Source of the DNA: an uncultured Alphaproteobacteria bacterium
GTDB taxonomy: Bacteria; Pseudomonadota; Alphaproteobacteria; CAAHEQ01; UBA3637
Direction of reading: 5' to 3'
Length of the DNA: 64,000 nt
Assembly: GCA_949292205.1 (NCBI GenBank)
Contig: CASEYR010000001.1
Location: 2,721-66,720, forward strand
The notes under the pieces were generated by a model. That model did no database searches, was not told where the DNA came from, and saw nothing but the letters and a program-made list of their open reading frames with translations. Positions 1-10,316 of this stretch are shown one piece after another. The position numbers were made by a program, and so were the translations under genes. Numbering within the stretch: position 1 is the stretch's first letter; each line of letters opens with the position of its first letter.

Positions 1-1218
1 GCCGGATTTTATTTTTGTTTGAGTCAGAGCAATATGTCCCTTTAATACTTGAGTGTATCTTCGTTTCATAAGCTCGGTCGGTTTTCCGGTGCAAATCGTT
101 CGAGTCATATCTGTTGTCCCGTTTAAATAATTGCCTCCGGTATCAACCATTAATAGTGGTTCGCTGGCAATTAAAGTTGCTGTTTTTTCGGTTGCGTGAT
201 AGTGGGCTCGTGCGGCATGTTCTCCGGAGGCGGCAATCGTGTCAAAACTATCTCCGCGATACAGAGGATTTTCAGATCTTAACTGCTGTAATTTAATATC
301 ACAATCCCATTCGGTAATGTGATTTTTGCTTTGCTCTATCCAAGCTAAAAAGCGACATATAACAATGCTTTCAGACAAACATGCTTGACGGATATTGTTT
401 TGTTCGGTTTGATTTTTGATTGCTTTTAAAGGGGCTACAACATCCGGTATATTTTGAATGCGGACGTTTTCATTTTTTAATCGTTCACACAAAGCCTGTG
501 ATAAAGTTGTTAAATCTGCCCCAATTGTTTTATTTTCTAGTAGCTTGATTGTGTCTTCGCTCAGAAAGTGATAACTTCCATCTGCAAAAACAATAAGCCG
601 TTTAAAAATAACGGGGTATTCATGAACCCATAAGCTCCGCTTATTCAAAATCCACGATACACTGTCAGGGGATGCAAATAGAAAAGCCTCCAAATGGTGT
701 TCTTTTAATATGCCTGTTACTTGGTTTATTTTTTGATTTGTATCCAGCCCGCAATAGGACAAATCATAATCAAACTCATCTGGGGGCGTCATTTCATTCT
801 GAGGAGTAAAAAGAGTTTCCCAAATTTTTTTTGGTAAGCCCTTTAAATGAATGCCGGCTGTTTTCAGATGTAGAGTCATATAGCTAACCCAAGCAGCCGA
901 ACGTTGCTCGGTATAATAACCGATAGTCGTATCAGGTAAATTGTTTTTTAACCACTCAGAAGGAGTTGTTTGGGTTGGGATTTCAAGAACCTCAAATTGC
1001 GATTCGCTTTTTGCTTGTTCGGTATAGCGTGCATCAACAAACAGAACGGCTCTGTTTAGCGTGACAACAGCCATACCGGCAGATCCCGAGAATCCGGTAG
1101 CTAATAATAGCTGATTTTTTTCAGGCGGATAATACTCACCTAAAAAAGAGTCGGTACGCGTAATAATCAGAGCTTGTATGTTCTGTTGTTTTAAAAAATT
1201 GCGAATCGCCGTAATCAT
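1..1218 (-). CDS. Xaa-Pro aminopeptidase (aminopeptidase P, M24B family); N-terminal ~406 codons, C-terminus lies beyond the window start
   Basis: Absent from the ORF track because it has no stop in the window. My translation from ATG 1218 reads MITAIRNFLKQQNIQALIITRTDSFLGEYYPPEKNQLLLATGFSGSAGMAVV... It runs without stops to position 1 and reaches ...LLMVDTGGNYLNGTTDMTRT, the creatinase-N plus M24 metal-site region. Its ATG overlaps the prmA stop (ATGA). Confidence 0.75.
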   Translation of the reverse strand, partial: MITAIRNFLKQQNIQALIITRTDSFLGEYYPPEKNQLLLATGFSGSAGMAVVTLNRAVLFVDARYTEQAKSESQFEVLEIPTQTTPSEWLKNNLPDTTIGYYTEQRSAAWVSYMTLHLKTAGIHLKGLPKKIWETLFTPQNEMTPPDEFDYDLSYCGLDTNQKINQVTGILKEHHLEAFLFASPDSVSWILNKRSLWVHEYPVIFKRLIVFADGSYHFLSEDTIKLLENKTIGADLTTLSQALCERLKNENVRIQNIPDVVAPLKAIKNQTEQNNIRQACLSESIVICRFLAWIEQSKNHITEWDCDIKLQQLRSENPLYRGDSFDTIAASGEHAARAHYHATEKTATLIASEPLLMVDTGGNYLNGTTDMTRTICTGKPTELMKRRYTQVLKGHIALTQTKIKSG

Positions 1219-2090
1219 AGAGAGTCCTTCTGAACAACAATCGTACACCATCCTTTAACAGGGTAGCGCTTGATTACACGTAACCCCAAATCTGTGTGAG
1301 CTTTTGTAACCCAACGTTCTTGATGTGCTAAAAAGCCGGATAGAATGGCTCGTCCGCCCGGAGCCAGATGAACTTTTAACTCCGGAGCTAAGCGGATTAG
1401 CGGTTTTGCTAAAATATTACAAAAAATCAAATCATATTGGCGATGAACTTTATCGTAACCATCACTTTGCCAGACTGTTATTAGATTTTCTAAGCCGTTT
1501 TCTTTGGCGTTTTCAGCAGCAACATGAACAGACTCGGGATCAATATCAACGGCATCAACCGGTTTTCCTGTTGCTTTGGCAAAAGCCATGCCCAGAATTC
1601 CCGAACCGCACCCCACATCTAAAATACGTTCGGGGGAAACGTCTAAATCGCATAGGGCTTTCAGACATCCGTGAGTTGTTTGATGTTCTCCGGTTCCAAA
1701 AGCGGTAGCTGCATCAATTTTAAGGCAGATTTTGTCTTTAGGAAGTGGATCCGTGATATGAGAGCCATAGATATAGTATGGTCCTACGGATATCGGAGGA
1801 AAGCCTTGATAACTTGCTTTTAACCAATTGATATCAGGCATTTTTTTTATTCTGAAAAAAAGTGGTTTTATTTGGGCTTGTGCCGAGGCATTTGCGATTC
1901 GTTCTTTGATGATAGCTCTATCCGGTTTTTGTTCAAATATCGCTTGAAGCTCCCATTTTCCTTTGTTCTTTCCGTGCTCAATTTGAGTCGTTAAAACAGC
2001 TCCGGCAAACTCCTCCAAGGCGTTTTCGAAAAAAGGTAATGCTCGCGAGGGTAGTAAAAATTTTATTTCATACGGTATAGTTTCAGTCAT
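1215..2090 (-). CDS. prmA: ribosomal protein L11 methyltransferase
   Basis: 291 aa with the PrmA layout and the SAM motif ILDVGCGSGILGMAFAK. It ends in an ATGA overlap with the downstream aminopeptidase gene. Confidence 0.85.
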   Translation of the reverse strand: MTETIPYEIKFLLPSRALPFFENALEEFAGAVLTTQIEHGKNKGKWELQAIFEQKPDRAIIKERIANASAQAQIKPLFFRIKKMPDINWLKASYQGFPPISVGPYYIYGSHITDPLPKDKICLKIDAATAFGTGEHQTTHGCLKALCDLDVSPERILDVGCGSGILGMAFAKATGKPVDAVDIDPESVHVAAENAKENGLENLITVWQSDGYDKVHRQYDLIFCNILAKPLIRLAPELKVHLAPGGRAILSGFLAHQERWVTKAHTDLGLRVIKRYPVKGWCTIVVQKDSL

Positions 2091-2212
2091 TTTTTCTCCT
2101 TCAGTTAATTTTCAGTATGACAAAGTTTATTACAAAAAGCAAGATATCCGAATAAAACGTCTTGATTTTTCTTGCTTGATGAAATTAAATAACAGCGAAA
2201 GGGGAACAGATT

Positions 2213-3193
2213 ATGGTTCGGAAAAAGTCTTTTGCAAGTGGATATATATTGGATGGGCATGGCGGAGCAGAGCCGTTAGATATCAAAAAGATTGATGATT
2301 TGTCTGATTTTAAGCGTCCGGTTTGGGTTCATTTAAATCTATCGGATCCACGGGCTTTGCGTTGGCTTGAAAAGCGGGATGACTTAAGTTTATGGGTTCG
2401 AGAAAATTTAACTAATCCGAATATATCCGAACCGCATATTCGTATTCGTCAAGATAGTCTTTTACTTGTTTTAAGGACGGTTAACATTATGCCTGGGGCA
2501 GAGCCCGATGACTTGGTATTTTTACGTTTGTATGCAACGGATAAGATTTTGATTAGTACACGTCTTCATCCGGCGATTAACTTTGAGGAGATGGACGAGT
2601 TGTTTGCTGATAAAGACGGTCCGAAAGATATGAACGGGTTGATTTTATCGATTTTGGAAAATACGTTGGACGGAGTTTCCGATTCAATCGTTGGCATTGA
2701 AAATCAAGTTGATGAGTTAGAAGAAAAAATTATCGTTAATAATATTCCGCAAAACACATACCAACAGTTATCCGAGCTATTAAGACAAGTGATTGTTATT
2801 CGTCGTTTTATGGCGCCCGAGCGAGAGGCGATTGGCAATTTGATTCGTCATGGGTCTGTGTGGTTTACTGCGGATATGGATCGTGGGCTCAGGGATAATT
2901 TTGACTGGATACAACGGATTATTGAAGATATTGATTTGTTGGAAAAACGTATTCGTGTCAATCAAGACGCTTTAAAAAATATGGATGATAAGAAAGTCCA
3001 GCGGAATATGTATATGCTGTCTGTTATTGCGGGTATATTTTTGCCGCTGTCTTTTTTAGCCAGTGTATTCGGGATGAATTTAGAAGGGATTCCACTGGGC
3101 GGACATCGTTATGGTTTTTTAATGATAAGCCTGTTAATGGTATTTATTGGTTGTATCGTATTATTTGTTTTTAAGAAATTAAAATGGATTTGA
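2213..3193 (+). CDS. zntB: CorA-superfamily zinc transporter ZntB-like
   Basis: 326 aa. It aligns by eye along its length with E. coli ZntB (ILDGHGGAEPL, RRFMAPEREA) and has two C-terminal TM helices with GMNLEGIP (ZntB GVNLGGIP type). Confidence 0.75.
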   Translation: MVRKKSFASGYILDGHGGAEPLDIKKIDDLSDFKRPVWVHLNLSDPRALRWLEKRDDLSLWVRENLTNPNISEPHIRIRQDSLLLVLRTVNIMPGAEPDDLVFLRLYATDKILISTRLHPAINFEEMDELFADKDGPKDMNGLILSILENTLDGVSDSIVGIENQVDELEEKIIVNNIPQNTYQQLSELLRQVIVIRRFMAPEREAIGNLIRHGSVWFTADMDRGLRDNFDWIQRIIEDIDLLEKRIRVNQDALKNMDDKKVQRNMYMLSVIAGIFLPLSFLASVFGMNLEGIPLGGHRYGFLMISLLMVFIGCIVLFVFKKLKWI

Positions 3194-3248
3194 TGTTATT
3201 CAGAATAAGGTGTTTATTAACACTTTTGTGACAATTTAGGGATAAATC

Positions 3249-3277
3249 TTGCATTTCGCAAAAATGAATGCTATAAC
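3249..3277 (+). promoter_or_regulatory. sigma70-like promoter upstream of fabG (TTGCAT-17-TATAAC)
   Basis: TTGCAT at 3249-3254, a 17-nt spacer, then TATAAC at 3272-3277, 36 nt before the fabG ATG. Confidence 0.45.
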
Positions 3278-3312
3278 CGCAGTTGCTTAAAATCAAAAAC
3301 AAAGGAGAAAAA

Positions 3313-4050
3313 ATGTTAGATTTTACGGGTAAAACAGCGTTAATCACAGGGGCTACGGGTGGTATCGGGCGTCAAATCGCCAAGAAACTGCATGCTCAAG
3401 GTGCAACGCTGGCTTTGACGGATATGAATTTAGATACATTGAACGCATTTAAGGCAGAATTGGGTGACCGTGTTTACGTTTACTCGGCCAATTTAACGGA
3501 TGCGGACAGCTTGAATGAATTGGTGAAAAAAGCAGAAGCCGATATGGGTAAAATTGATATTTTAGTCAATAATGCCGGTATTACAAAGGACGGCTTATCC
3601 ATGCGTATGACAGATGATCAATGGCAAAAAGTTTTGGATATTAACTTAACTGCCGGCTTCCGTTTGGCTCGCGCCGTTATGCCGGGCATGATGAAGCGTC
3701 GTTTCGGTCGTATTATCGGAATGGCTTCTGTTGTTGGCGTAATGGGAAATGTGGGGCAAGCAAACTATGCAGCTTCAAAAGGGGCCTTAATTGCTATGTC
3801 AAAATGTATGGGTCAGGAATTAGCCAGCCGTGGTATTACGGTGAACTGTGTTGCTCCGGGTTTTATTGAAACACCAATGACGGATGTTTTGCCGGAAGAA
3901 GCCAAAGCGGCTTTGCTAAAGCGCATCCCGATGGCTCGTCTGGGGTCGGCTGAGGACATTGCAAACGCAGTTGTCTTTTTGGCAAGTGACGAAGCCTCTT
4001 ACATCACGGGTCAGACCATTCACGTTAATGGCGGCATGGTGATGATTTAG
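3313..4050 (+). CDS. fabG: 3-oxoacyl-ACP reductase
   Basis: MLDFTGKTALITGATGGIGR (TGxxxGIG), NNAG, and the YAASK catalytic Tyr/Lys. AGGAG lies 6 nt upstream of ATG 3313; the longer track ORF starts at a TTG without an SD. The gene sits directly upstream of acpP-fabF. Confidence 0.9.
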   Translation: MLDFTGKTALITGATGGIGRQIAKKLHAQGATLALTDMNLDTLNAFKAELGDRVYVYSANLTDADSLNELVKKAEADMGKIDILVNNAGITKDGLSMRMTDDQWQKVLDINLTAGFRLARAVMPGMMKRRFGRIIGMASVVGVMGNVGQANYAASKGALIAMSKCMGQELASRGITVNCVAPGFIETPMTDVLPEEAKAALLKRIPMARLGSAEDIANAVVFLASDEASYITGQTIHVNGGMVMI

Positions 4051-4221
4051 TTTTTGAGGATGGGGTAAAGATTTTATTTAACATATTGAAAGTAAAGTTA
4101 TTATGTTTGTTTTTACCCCAAAATCAAAAAAAAGACTGGACGAGCGGAAAAAAATGTGCTAAAACCTATTCCGATTTCGTCAGAAATGACAAAAATTAAT
4201 AAACAGAAAAGGAAATTTAAC

Positions 4222-4455
4222 ATGAGTAATATTGCAGAACGTGTCAAAAAGATTGTTGTTGAACATTTGGGCGTTGATGAAGCCAAAGTTCAGGAAAACT
4301 CCAGCTTTATTGATGATCTGGGTGCAGACAGTTTGGACACAGTCGAATTGGTTATGGCTTTTGAAGAAGAATTCGGTTGTTCCATTCCGGATGACGCTGC
4401 CGAAAAAATTCGTACAGTGAAAGATGCAATTGACTTTATTGAAAAACAAGCTTAA
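4222..4455 (+). CDS. acpP: acyl carrier protein
   Basis: [23 protein letters not shown]...[19 protein letters not shown] carries the DSLD phosphopantetheine site. The internal ATG 4222 gives the canonical 77-aa length. Confidence 0.95.
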   Translation: MSNIAERVKKIVVEHLGVDEAKVQENSSFIDDLGADSLDTVELVMAFEEEFGCSIPDDAAEKIRTVKDAIDFIEKQA

Positions 4456-4478
4456 TTTGTAGCTGTAGAGTTTATTAA

Positions 4479-4532
4479 AAGGAACGCTGTTGTATCTTTT
4501 TTCATAAAAAGGTGGCGTTCCTTGTTTTTTTT
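4479..4532 (+). terminator. hairpin plus T-run after acpP (partial terminator or attenuator before fabF)
   Basis: AAGGAACGC (4479-4487) pairs with GCGTTCCTT (4515-4523) and is followed by T8. The loop is long (~27 nt). Confidence 0.45.
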
Positions 4533-4552
4533 ATAGTTGTATAAGGAGAAAC

Positions 4553-5803
4553 ATGACAAGACGTGTTGTAATTACGGGAATGGGTATGCTGACACCTTTA
4601 GGTCGCGGGTTGAAGACGAACTGGTCTAGGATTACCGCTGGTGTTTCAGGGCTTTCCCGAATTAAATATTTTGATACCGAAAATTTTGTAGCAAAAGTTG
4701 CCGGACAAATTCCGGTTGGTGATGGAGAAGGTGAGTTTCAACCGGATTCCGTTTTAAGTCCGAAAGAACAACGTCATGTTGATCCTTTTATTTTATACGG
4801 ATTAGCTGCGGCAACAGATGCGGTTGAAGATTCTGGTTATTTGCCACAAACAGAAGAAGAGATGGAACGTTCCGGTGTTTTAATCGGATCAGGAATCGGG
4901 GGTCTTCAAGCTATAGAGGCTGGTGCTATTTTGGTTAAAGAGCAAGGGCCGCGTCGGTTGTCTCCGTTCTTTATTCCGTCGGCACTGATTAACTTGATTT
5001 CGGGACAGGTATCTATCAAGTATAATTTTAAAGGACCGAACCATGCCGTTGTAACGGCTTGCGCAACAGGAACACATGCTATTGGTGATGCTGTTCGTAT
5101 CATCAAAAATAATGAGGCAGATGTGATGATTGCAGGTGGTGCCGAAGCGGCTATTTGTCCGATAGGTATTGCTGGTTTCTCTCAAGCAAAAGCCTTGTCA
5201 ACACATTATAATGATAATCCGACGGAAGCTTCTCGTCCATGGGATAAGAACCGTGATGGCTTTGTTATGGGAGAAGGTGCCGGTGTCGTTGTTTTGGAAG
5301 AATATGAACACGCTAAAGCTCGTGGAGCCAAGATTTACGCTGAAGTTGTCGGTTATGCTATGACCGGAGATGCACATCACATTACAGCTCCGGGTGGAAA
5401 CGGTGGTTTGCGTGCCATGAAATTAGCATTGAAGAATGCCAGATTAAATCCGGAAGATGTTGACTATATCAACGCACACGGAACATCAACCCCGTTAGGA
5501 GATATGGTTGAATTTAATGCGGTTAAAGAGATTTTTGGTAACACAAAAGTATCTATGTCTTCAACAAAATCTTGTATTGGACACTTGTTGGGGGCAGCCG
5601 GAGCCGTTGAATCTATTTATTCTGTTTTGGCTATTCAAAATGGTGTCTTGCCTCCGACAATCAATCTGCATGATCCGGAAGAAGGAACAGAAGGATTTGA
5701 TTTAGTTCCGAACGTGGCAAAGGAAAAGACTGTCAATGTTGCCTTATCCAACTCGTTTGGGTTTGGTGGAACGAACGGCAGCTTGATTTTCAAAAAGGTA
5801 TAA
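4553..5803 (+). CDS. fabF: 3-oxoacyl-ACP synthase II
   Basis: 416 aa with the KAS II layout: active-site ACATG, HHITAP, NAHGTSTP and a GFGGTNGSLIF C-terminus. Confidence 0.9.
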   Translation: MTRRVVITGMGMLTPLGRGLKTNWSRITAGVSGLSRIKYFDTENFVAKVAGQIPVGDGEGEFQPDSVLSPKEQRHVDPFILYGLAAATDAVEDSGYLPQTEEEMERSGVLIGSGIGGLQAIEAGAILVKEQGPRRLSPFFIPSALINLISGQVSIKYNFKGPNHAVVTACATGTHAIGDAVRIIKNNEADVMIAGGAEAAICPIGIAGFSQAKALSTHYNDNPTEASRPWDKNRDGFVMGEGAGVVVLEEYEHAKARGAKIYAEVVGYAMTGDAHHITAPGGNGGLRAMKLALKNARLNPEDVDYINAHGTSTPLGDMVEFNAVKEIFGNTKVSMSSTKSCIGHLLGAAGAVESIYSVLAIQNGVLPPTINLHDPEEGTEGFDLVPNVAKEKTVNVALSNSFGFGGTNGSLIFKKV

Positions 5804-5805
5804 GG

Positions 5806-5831
5806 AAAAGCCTCTTTTTGAGGCTTTTTTT
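5806..5831 (+). terminator. intrinsic terminator after fabF
   Basis: GCCTC-TTTTT-GAGGC flanked by an A-run and T7, ending 6 nt before the mltG ATG. Confidence 0.6.
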
Positions 5832-5836
5832 ACTTT

Positions 5837-6955
5837 ATGCGACACGGTGTTTTGATTTATTTTTTACTGTTTTTTATCGGAGTTTCCTTAATCGGAGGCA
5901 GTGTTTTAACAACCTATACGCAGTTTGTTGAGGAGGGCCCCTTGGTAGAATCAAAAGAGGTTGTGATTCCCAAAGGGTTAAGTCTGAAACGGACGGCTTA
6001 TTTATTGAAATCAGAAGGTGTTATCAGAAGTCCTTCGATTTTTGAGCTAGGTGTGCGTGCAAGTGGTAACACCATGAAGATTAAAGCCGGAGAGTATCAG
6101 TTTCCCAGATATGCCAGTGCCAAGATGGTTATGGATATTCTGACCAGTGGTCAAACGGTTATCCGTCGTTTTGTTGCTCCCGAGGGGCTAACATCGGCAC
6201 AAATTGTTGATTTGATGGATTTATATAAGGGATTGACCGGAACGGTTAAGACAATTCCCAGAAACGGAACACTGTTGCCGGATACATATCATTACTCTTA
6301 TGGAGATACAAAAGAATCAATCATCAGACGCATGCAATCGGCAATGACACGCACATTGGATGAGCTGTGGCAAAATCGAGATCCGAATGTGCCATTTACA
6401 TCTCCGAATCAAGCTGTTGTTATGGCTTCGATTGTCGAAAAAGAAACAGCTCGTGATAGCGAGCGTAAGCGTATTGCCTCTGTTTTCTTTAATCGGTTGA
6501 GGAAAAATATTCGTCTTCAATCGGATCCGACCGTTATTTACGCCGTAACGGATGGTCGTTTGGATTTAAAAAGACGACTAACTTATAAGGATTTAAAGAT
6601 TCAACACCCCTATAATACCTATGTTATTTACGGGTTGCCGGAAGGAGCTATTTCTAACCCGGGAAGAGCATCGTTAGAGGCTGTTCTAAATCCGATTGAA
6701 TCGCCTTATTTTTATTTTGTGGCGGACGGAACCGGTGGACATGTATTTGCAGCTACTTACGAAGAACATCAGAAAAATGTTCAAAATTGGAGAAAGATTA
6801 GAAAAAATAAATCAGTGCCAACTGCAAAGAAAACAGTTGCTCCGCTTCCTCCTTCACAAACTACTTTGACGCATGCAAGAGAAAATTCAGCAGATAAAAT
6901 TGCAGAAATGATTGATGAAGTGGTAGAAGCTGAAAATACATTAAAGGGTGAATAG
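5837..6955 (+). CDS. mltG: endolytic murein transglycosylase MltG (YceG family)
   Basis: An N-terminal TM helix followed by a YceG-like domain (ASIVEKETARDSERKRIASVFFNRL, LQSDPTVIY, YNTY). It occupies the conserved position after fabF. Confidence 0.85.
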   Translation: MRHGVLIYFLLFFIGVSLIGGSVLTTYTQFVEEGPLVESKEVVIPKGLSLKRTAYLLKSEGVIRSPSIFELGVRASGNTMKIKAGEYQFPRYASAKMVMDILTSGQTVIRRFVAPEGLTSAQIVDLMDLYKGLTGTVKTIPRNGTLLPDTYHYSYGDTKESIIRRMQSAMTRTLDELWQNRDPNVPFTSPNQAVVMASIVEKETARDSERKRIASVFFNRLRKNIRLQSDPTVIYAVTDGRLDLKRRLTYKDLKIQHPYNTYVIYGLPEGAISNPGRASLEAVLNPIESPYFYFVADGTGGHVFAATYEEHQKNVQNWRKIRKNKSVPTAKKTVAPLPPSQTTLTHARENSADKIAEMIDEVVEAENTLKGE

Positions 6956-7045
6956 ATATTTTTCGGATAAAAACACATTTTTTGCTTGCAAAAGATGTTA
7001 TTTTTCGTTATTTGTGTTCTTATATTGAATCAGAGGAGTATATAA

Positions 7046-9517
7046 ATGGACGCTTTAACGAACATAAATCACGGTCGAAAACCAACGGCGGAACAGCTGC
7101 AGAAGCTCATTGAATGGCATTTAAAGTATTCTTTGTCCAAGCGTGTTTGCGAAGCTGATAAAGATCACTTATTTACGGCTTTAGCTATGGCCGTCCGTGA
7201 TTTGTGTATTGATGGTATGTTTGCAACAGCCGCTCGGCATGAACAAAAAGACCCAAAACGGGTCTACTATTTGTCTTTAGAGTACTTGCTGGGACGCTTA
7301 TTGCCCAATAATTTATACAGCTTTGAAATTATGGACTTACTGAATGAAATCCATTTGGATAATAAGATACCTTTGTCCGAGGTTTTAGACTGTGAATATG
7401 ATCCGGCTTTGGGTAATGGCGGATTAGGACGGTTGGCCGCTTGTATTTTGGATTCTATGGCAACACAAGGGATTCCGGGATACGGGTACGGTATTAACTA
7501 TCAGTTTGGCTTGTTTAAACAATACTTTAATAATGGTTGGCAAAAAGAACACGCAGATTCTTGGTTAGAGCGTTCTTCTCCATGGCAGATAGAGCGTGCC
7601 GATCGGTCTTATTTGGTTCAGATCGGTGGTCAGGTTATTTTTGAAGAGAAAGATGGCCATCGTGAGCCTCATTGGGTTAATACCAATCAGGTTTTAGGTG
7701 TTCCGTATGATATGCCCATCGTCGGCTATGGTGGAAAAACGGTTAATTACTTGCGACTGTTTTCGGCAAAGTCAACAAATACATTAGATATTGAAACATT
7801 TAACAAGGGCGGATATGTAGAAGCCGTTGAGCAAAACATTAAAACGGAAACGATTTCTAAAGTGTTGTATCCTTCTGATGCGGTAGAGCAGGGACGTTAT
7901 TTACGTTTAATGCAACAATACTTCTTTGTATCATGTGTTATCAATGATATTATTCGCCGTTTCTTAGAAGACCATACGGATTTTGAAGAGTTGCCAGATA
8001 AAGTAGTTATTCAATTAAACGACACGCATCCGACGCTGGCGATTGTTGAGTTAATGCGTATTTTGATGGATGTTTATCGATTGGATTGGGATAAAGCATT
8101 TCGGATTACGTCAAAGACGATGGCGTATACGAACCACACATTATTGCCGGAAGCACTTGAAAAGTGGCCGGTAGCTATGTTTGAAAAGTTTTTGCCGAGA
8201 CACCTATCTATCATCTATGAAATCAATGATTGGTTGATGCGTCAAGTTATGGATAAATATCCGGGGGATACAGGCAAATTGGCTCGGATGTCCTTGATTG
8301 AAGAAGGAAGCGAAAAGAAAATTCGTATGGCCCATTTGGCTATTGTTGGTAGTTTTTCTGTGAATGGAGTTGCAGAAATTCACACACAATTGCTAGAGCA
8401 TAATTTGATTCCTGATTTTTATGAGATGTGGCCCGAACGGTTCAATAATAAGACGAATGGTGTTACACCGCGCCGTTGGCTGTTCAACTCTAACCGAGGA
8501 TTATCGGCGTTTATCTCTAAGCATATCGGCAATGGTTGGATTACGGACTTATCACAGCTGAAAAAGTTAGAACATCTGGCAGAAAATGAGGAGGCATTAG
8601 ATGAGTTAATGGCGATTAAGTTAGAAAATAAAAAGAATCTAGCCGCCTTAATTGATCGGACAACCGGTATTAAAGTAGATCCAAATGCAATTTTTGATTG
8701 TCAGGTAAAACGGATTCACGAATACAAAAGGCAATTATTGAATGTATTGCATATTATTCATCAGTACTTGTCTATTGTAGAAGACGGCGTTAAGTTGACA
8801 GCCCCCCGCGTATATGTGTTTGGCGGAAAGGCAGCGCCCAGCTATGATATGGCTAAATTGATTATCAAGTTGATAAACAATATCGGTTCTGTTGTTAATA
8901 ATGACCCGCGCGTTGCTGGTCAACTGAAAGTTGTTTTTATTCCGGATTACAAAGTTTCCGTAGCGGAAGTTGTTTTCCCGGGGGCTGATGTCAGTGAACA
9001 GATTTCGACAGCCGGTTTTGAAGCTTCGGGAACAAGCAATATGAAATTTGCAATGAACGGAGCTTTGACAATCGGGACATTGGATGGTGCCAATATTGAG
9101 ATTATGCAAGAGGTTGGTGAGGAGAACTTCTATTTATTCGGCTTGACTGCCGAACAAGTGCATGAGCGTCAAAGAGCGGAATCGCATAAACCATGGGATT
9201 ATTATAATCAAGATGCCAATATTAAACGAGTTATGGATAGTTTAACATCGGGTATTTTTACACCTAAAGAGGATAAAAATCTCTTCGTTCCGCTATTCCA
9301 GAGCATTATGTTCAAAGACTACTATATGCTGTTAGCTGATTTTGAATCCTATGTCGGAACGCAAGAGCGACTGGCTCACGACTATCGGGATAAAAGATTG
9401 TGGGCTAAAAAAGCACTGTTGAATATAGCGCGTTCAGGTAAATTTTCAATTGATAGAACGGTTTCCGAATATGCCAAGGATATCTGGAACGTTCATAGCA
9501 GTTTGGATGAAGAATAA
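7046..9517 (+). CDS. glgP: glycogen/maltodextrin phosphorylase (GT35)
   Basis: 823 aa with LGNGGLGRLAAC, the EASGTSNMKFAMNGALTIGTLDGANIE PLP-lysine region, and NDTHP. AGGAG lies upstream of the ATG. Confidence 0.92.
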   Translation: MDALTNINHGRKPTAEQLQKLIEWHLKYSLSKRVCEADKDHLFTALAMAVRDLCIDGMFATAARHEQKDPKRVYYLSLEYLLGRLLPNNLYSFEIMDLLNEIHLDNKIPLSEVLDCEYDPALGNGGLGRLAACILDSMATQGIPGYGYGINYQFGLFKQYFNNGWQKEHADSWLERSSPWQIERADRSYLVQIGGQVIFEEKDGHREPHWVNTNQVLGVPYDMPIVGYGGKTVNYLRLFSAKSTNTLDIETFNKGGYVEAVEQNIKTETISKVLYPSDAVEQGRYLRLMQQYFFVSCVINDIIRRFLEDHTDFEELPDKVVIQLNDTHPTLAIVELMRILMDVYRLDWDKAFRITSKTMAYTNHTLLPEALEKWPVAMFEKFLPRHLSIIYEINDWLMRQVMDKYPGDTGKLARMSLIEEGSEKKIRMAHLAIVGSFSVNGVAEIHTQLLEHNLIPDFYEMWPERFNNKTNGVTPRRWLFNSNRGLSAFISKHIGNGWITDLSQLKKLEHLAENEEALDELMAIKLENKKNLAALIDRTTGIKVDPNAIFDCQVKRIHEYKRQLLNVLHIIHQYLSIVEDGVKLTAPRVYVFGGKAAPSYDMAKLIIKLINNIGSVVNNDPRVAGQLKVVFIPDYKVSVAEVVFPGADVSEQISTAGFEASGTSNMKFAMNGALTIGTLDGANIEIMQEVGEENFYLFGLTAEQVHERQRAESHKPWDYYNQDANIKRVMDSLTSGIFTPKEDKNLFVPLFQSIMFKDYYMLLADFESYVGTQERLAHDYRDKRLWAKKALLNIARSGKFSIDRTVSEYAKDIWNVHSSLDEE

Positions 9518-10257
9518 TGGAAAAACCAACGGAAGATAAGCGTTTTTTTGGACGGCGTAAGGGCAAACCCATAAAGGGATCTCGGCAAAAGTTGATTGAC
9601 GATCTGTTGCCAAAAGTTGTTTTAAAACAGCCGGAGAACGGTCAACAGATAGACTTGAGTACACTTTTTGGGATTAAACCGACGGAGGTTTGGTTAGAGG
9701 TTGGTTTTGGTGGCGGAGAACACGTAGCCGAATTAGCTTTACAGTATCCGACGGTTGGGTTTATTGGGGCAGAGCCGTTTATGAACGGAGTTGCTTCATT
9801 GTTGGCTCATCTGAACGGATCGCATATGAAGCAGGCAACCAATACGGATTTAGCTCCGGAAAGAACGGATAATGTGCGTATTTGGCCGGATGATATACGT
9901 CCTTTGTTTCTCCAATTTCCGACAGGTGGATTTGAACGTATTTTTATTTTATATCCGGATCCTTGGCCAAAGGCACGTCATGCCGAACGACGCTTTGTCA
10001 ATCAAAGAAATATCAAAGATTTAGCTCGTTTGGTTTCGGACACGGGGGCTGTTTATGTCGCCACTGATGTTTTGGAATATGCCGAGTGGGCAAAAGAGCA
10101 AATGGATTTGTCTGGCTTATTTACTCAAGTTCATAAGGATACAAGTCACCCACCAGAGGATTGGGTTCCGACAAGATACGAGAAAAAGGGTATTTTAGCC
10201 GGTAGAAAACCAACATACCTTGTTTTTCGTAAAAAAAATGCTAAATATGATAAATAA
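9517..10257 (+). CDS. trmB: tRNA (guanine-N7)-methyltransferase
   Basis: 246 aa with EVGFGGGEH, ILYPDPWPKARHAERRF and the TD..EY motifs of TrmB. The start overlaps the glgP stop (TAATG). Confidence 0.85.
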   Translation: MEKPTEDKRFFGRRKGKPIKGSRQKLIDDLLPKVVLKQPENGQQIDLSTLFGIKPTEVWLEVGFGGGEHVAELALQYPTVGFIGAEPFMNGVASLLAHLNGSHMKQATNTDLAPERTDNVRIWPDDIRPLFLQFPTGGFERIFILYPDPWPKARHAERRFVNQRNIKDLARLVSDTGAVYVATDVLEYAEWAKEQMDLSGLFTQVHKDTSHPPEDWVPTRYEKKGILAGRKPTYLVFRKKNAKYDK

Positions 10258-10316
10258 GGCTTGACGAAAGTTCAAAAATAGGCAAAGATAAAAAAAACAG
10301 TTAAGGAGATCAAAAC

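Noticed and set aside
1325-1708. Many track ORFs lie antisense to, or out of frame within, strongly supported genes. Examples are 1325-1708 in prmA, 4180-4449 in acpP, 8735-9109 in glgP, 13317-13679 in recJ, 18678-19019 in topA, 27473-27856 in glgB, 38213-38605 in the ABC-F gene and 55922-56311 in pflB.
   Set aside because: Each sits inside a gene whose product has clear family motifs. None has an SD or a recognisable domain, and their low-complexity or odd composition is typical of shadow ORFs.
4063-4119. A long-range inverted repeat (GGGGTAAA ... TTTACCCC) between fabG and acpP as a regulatory structure.
   Set aside because: The stem is 8 bp and the AT-rich loop is about 40 nt. There is no T-run or other supporting feature, so it is probably fortuitous.
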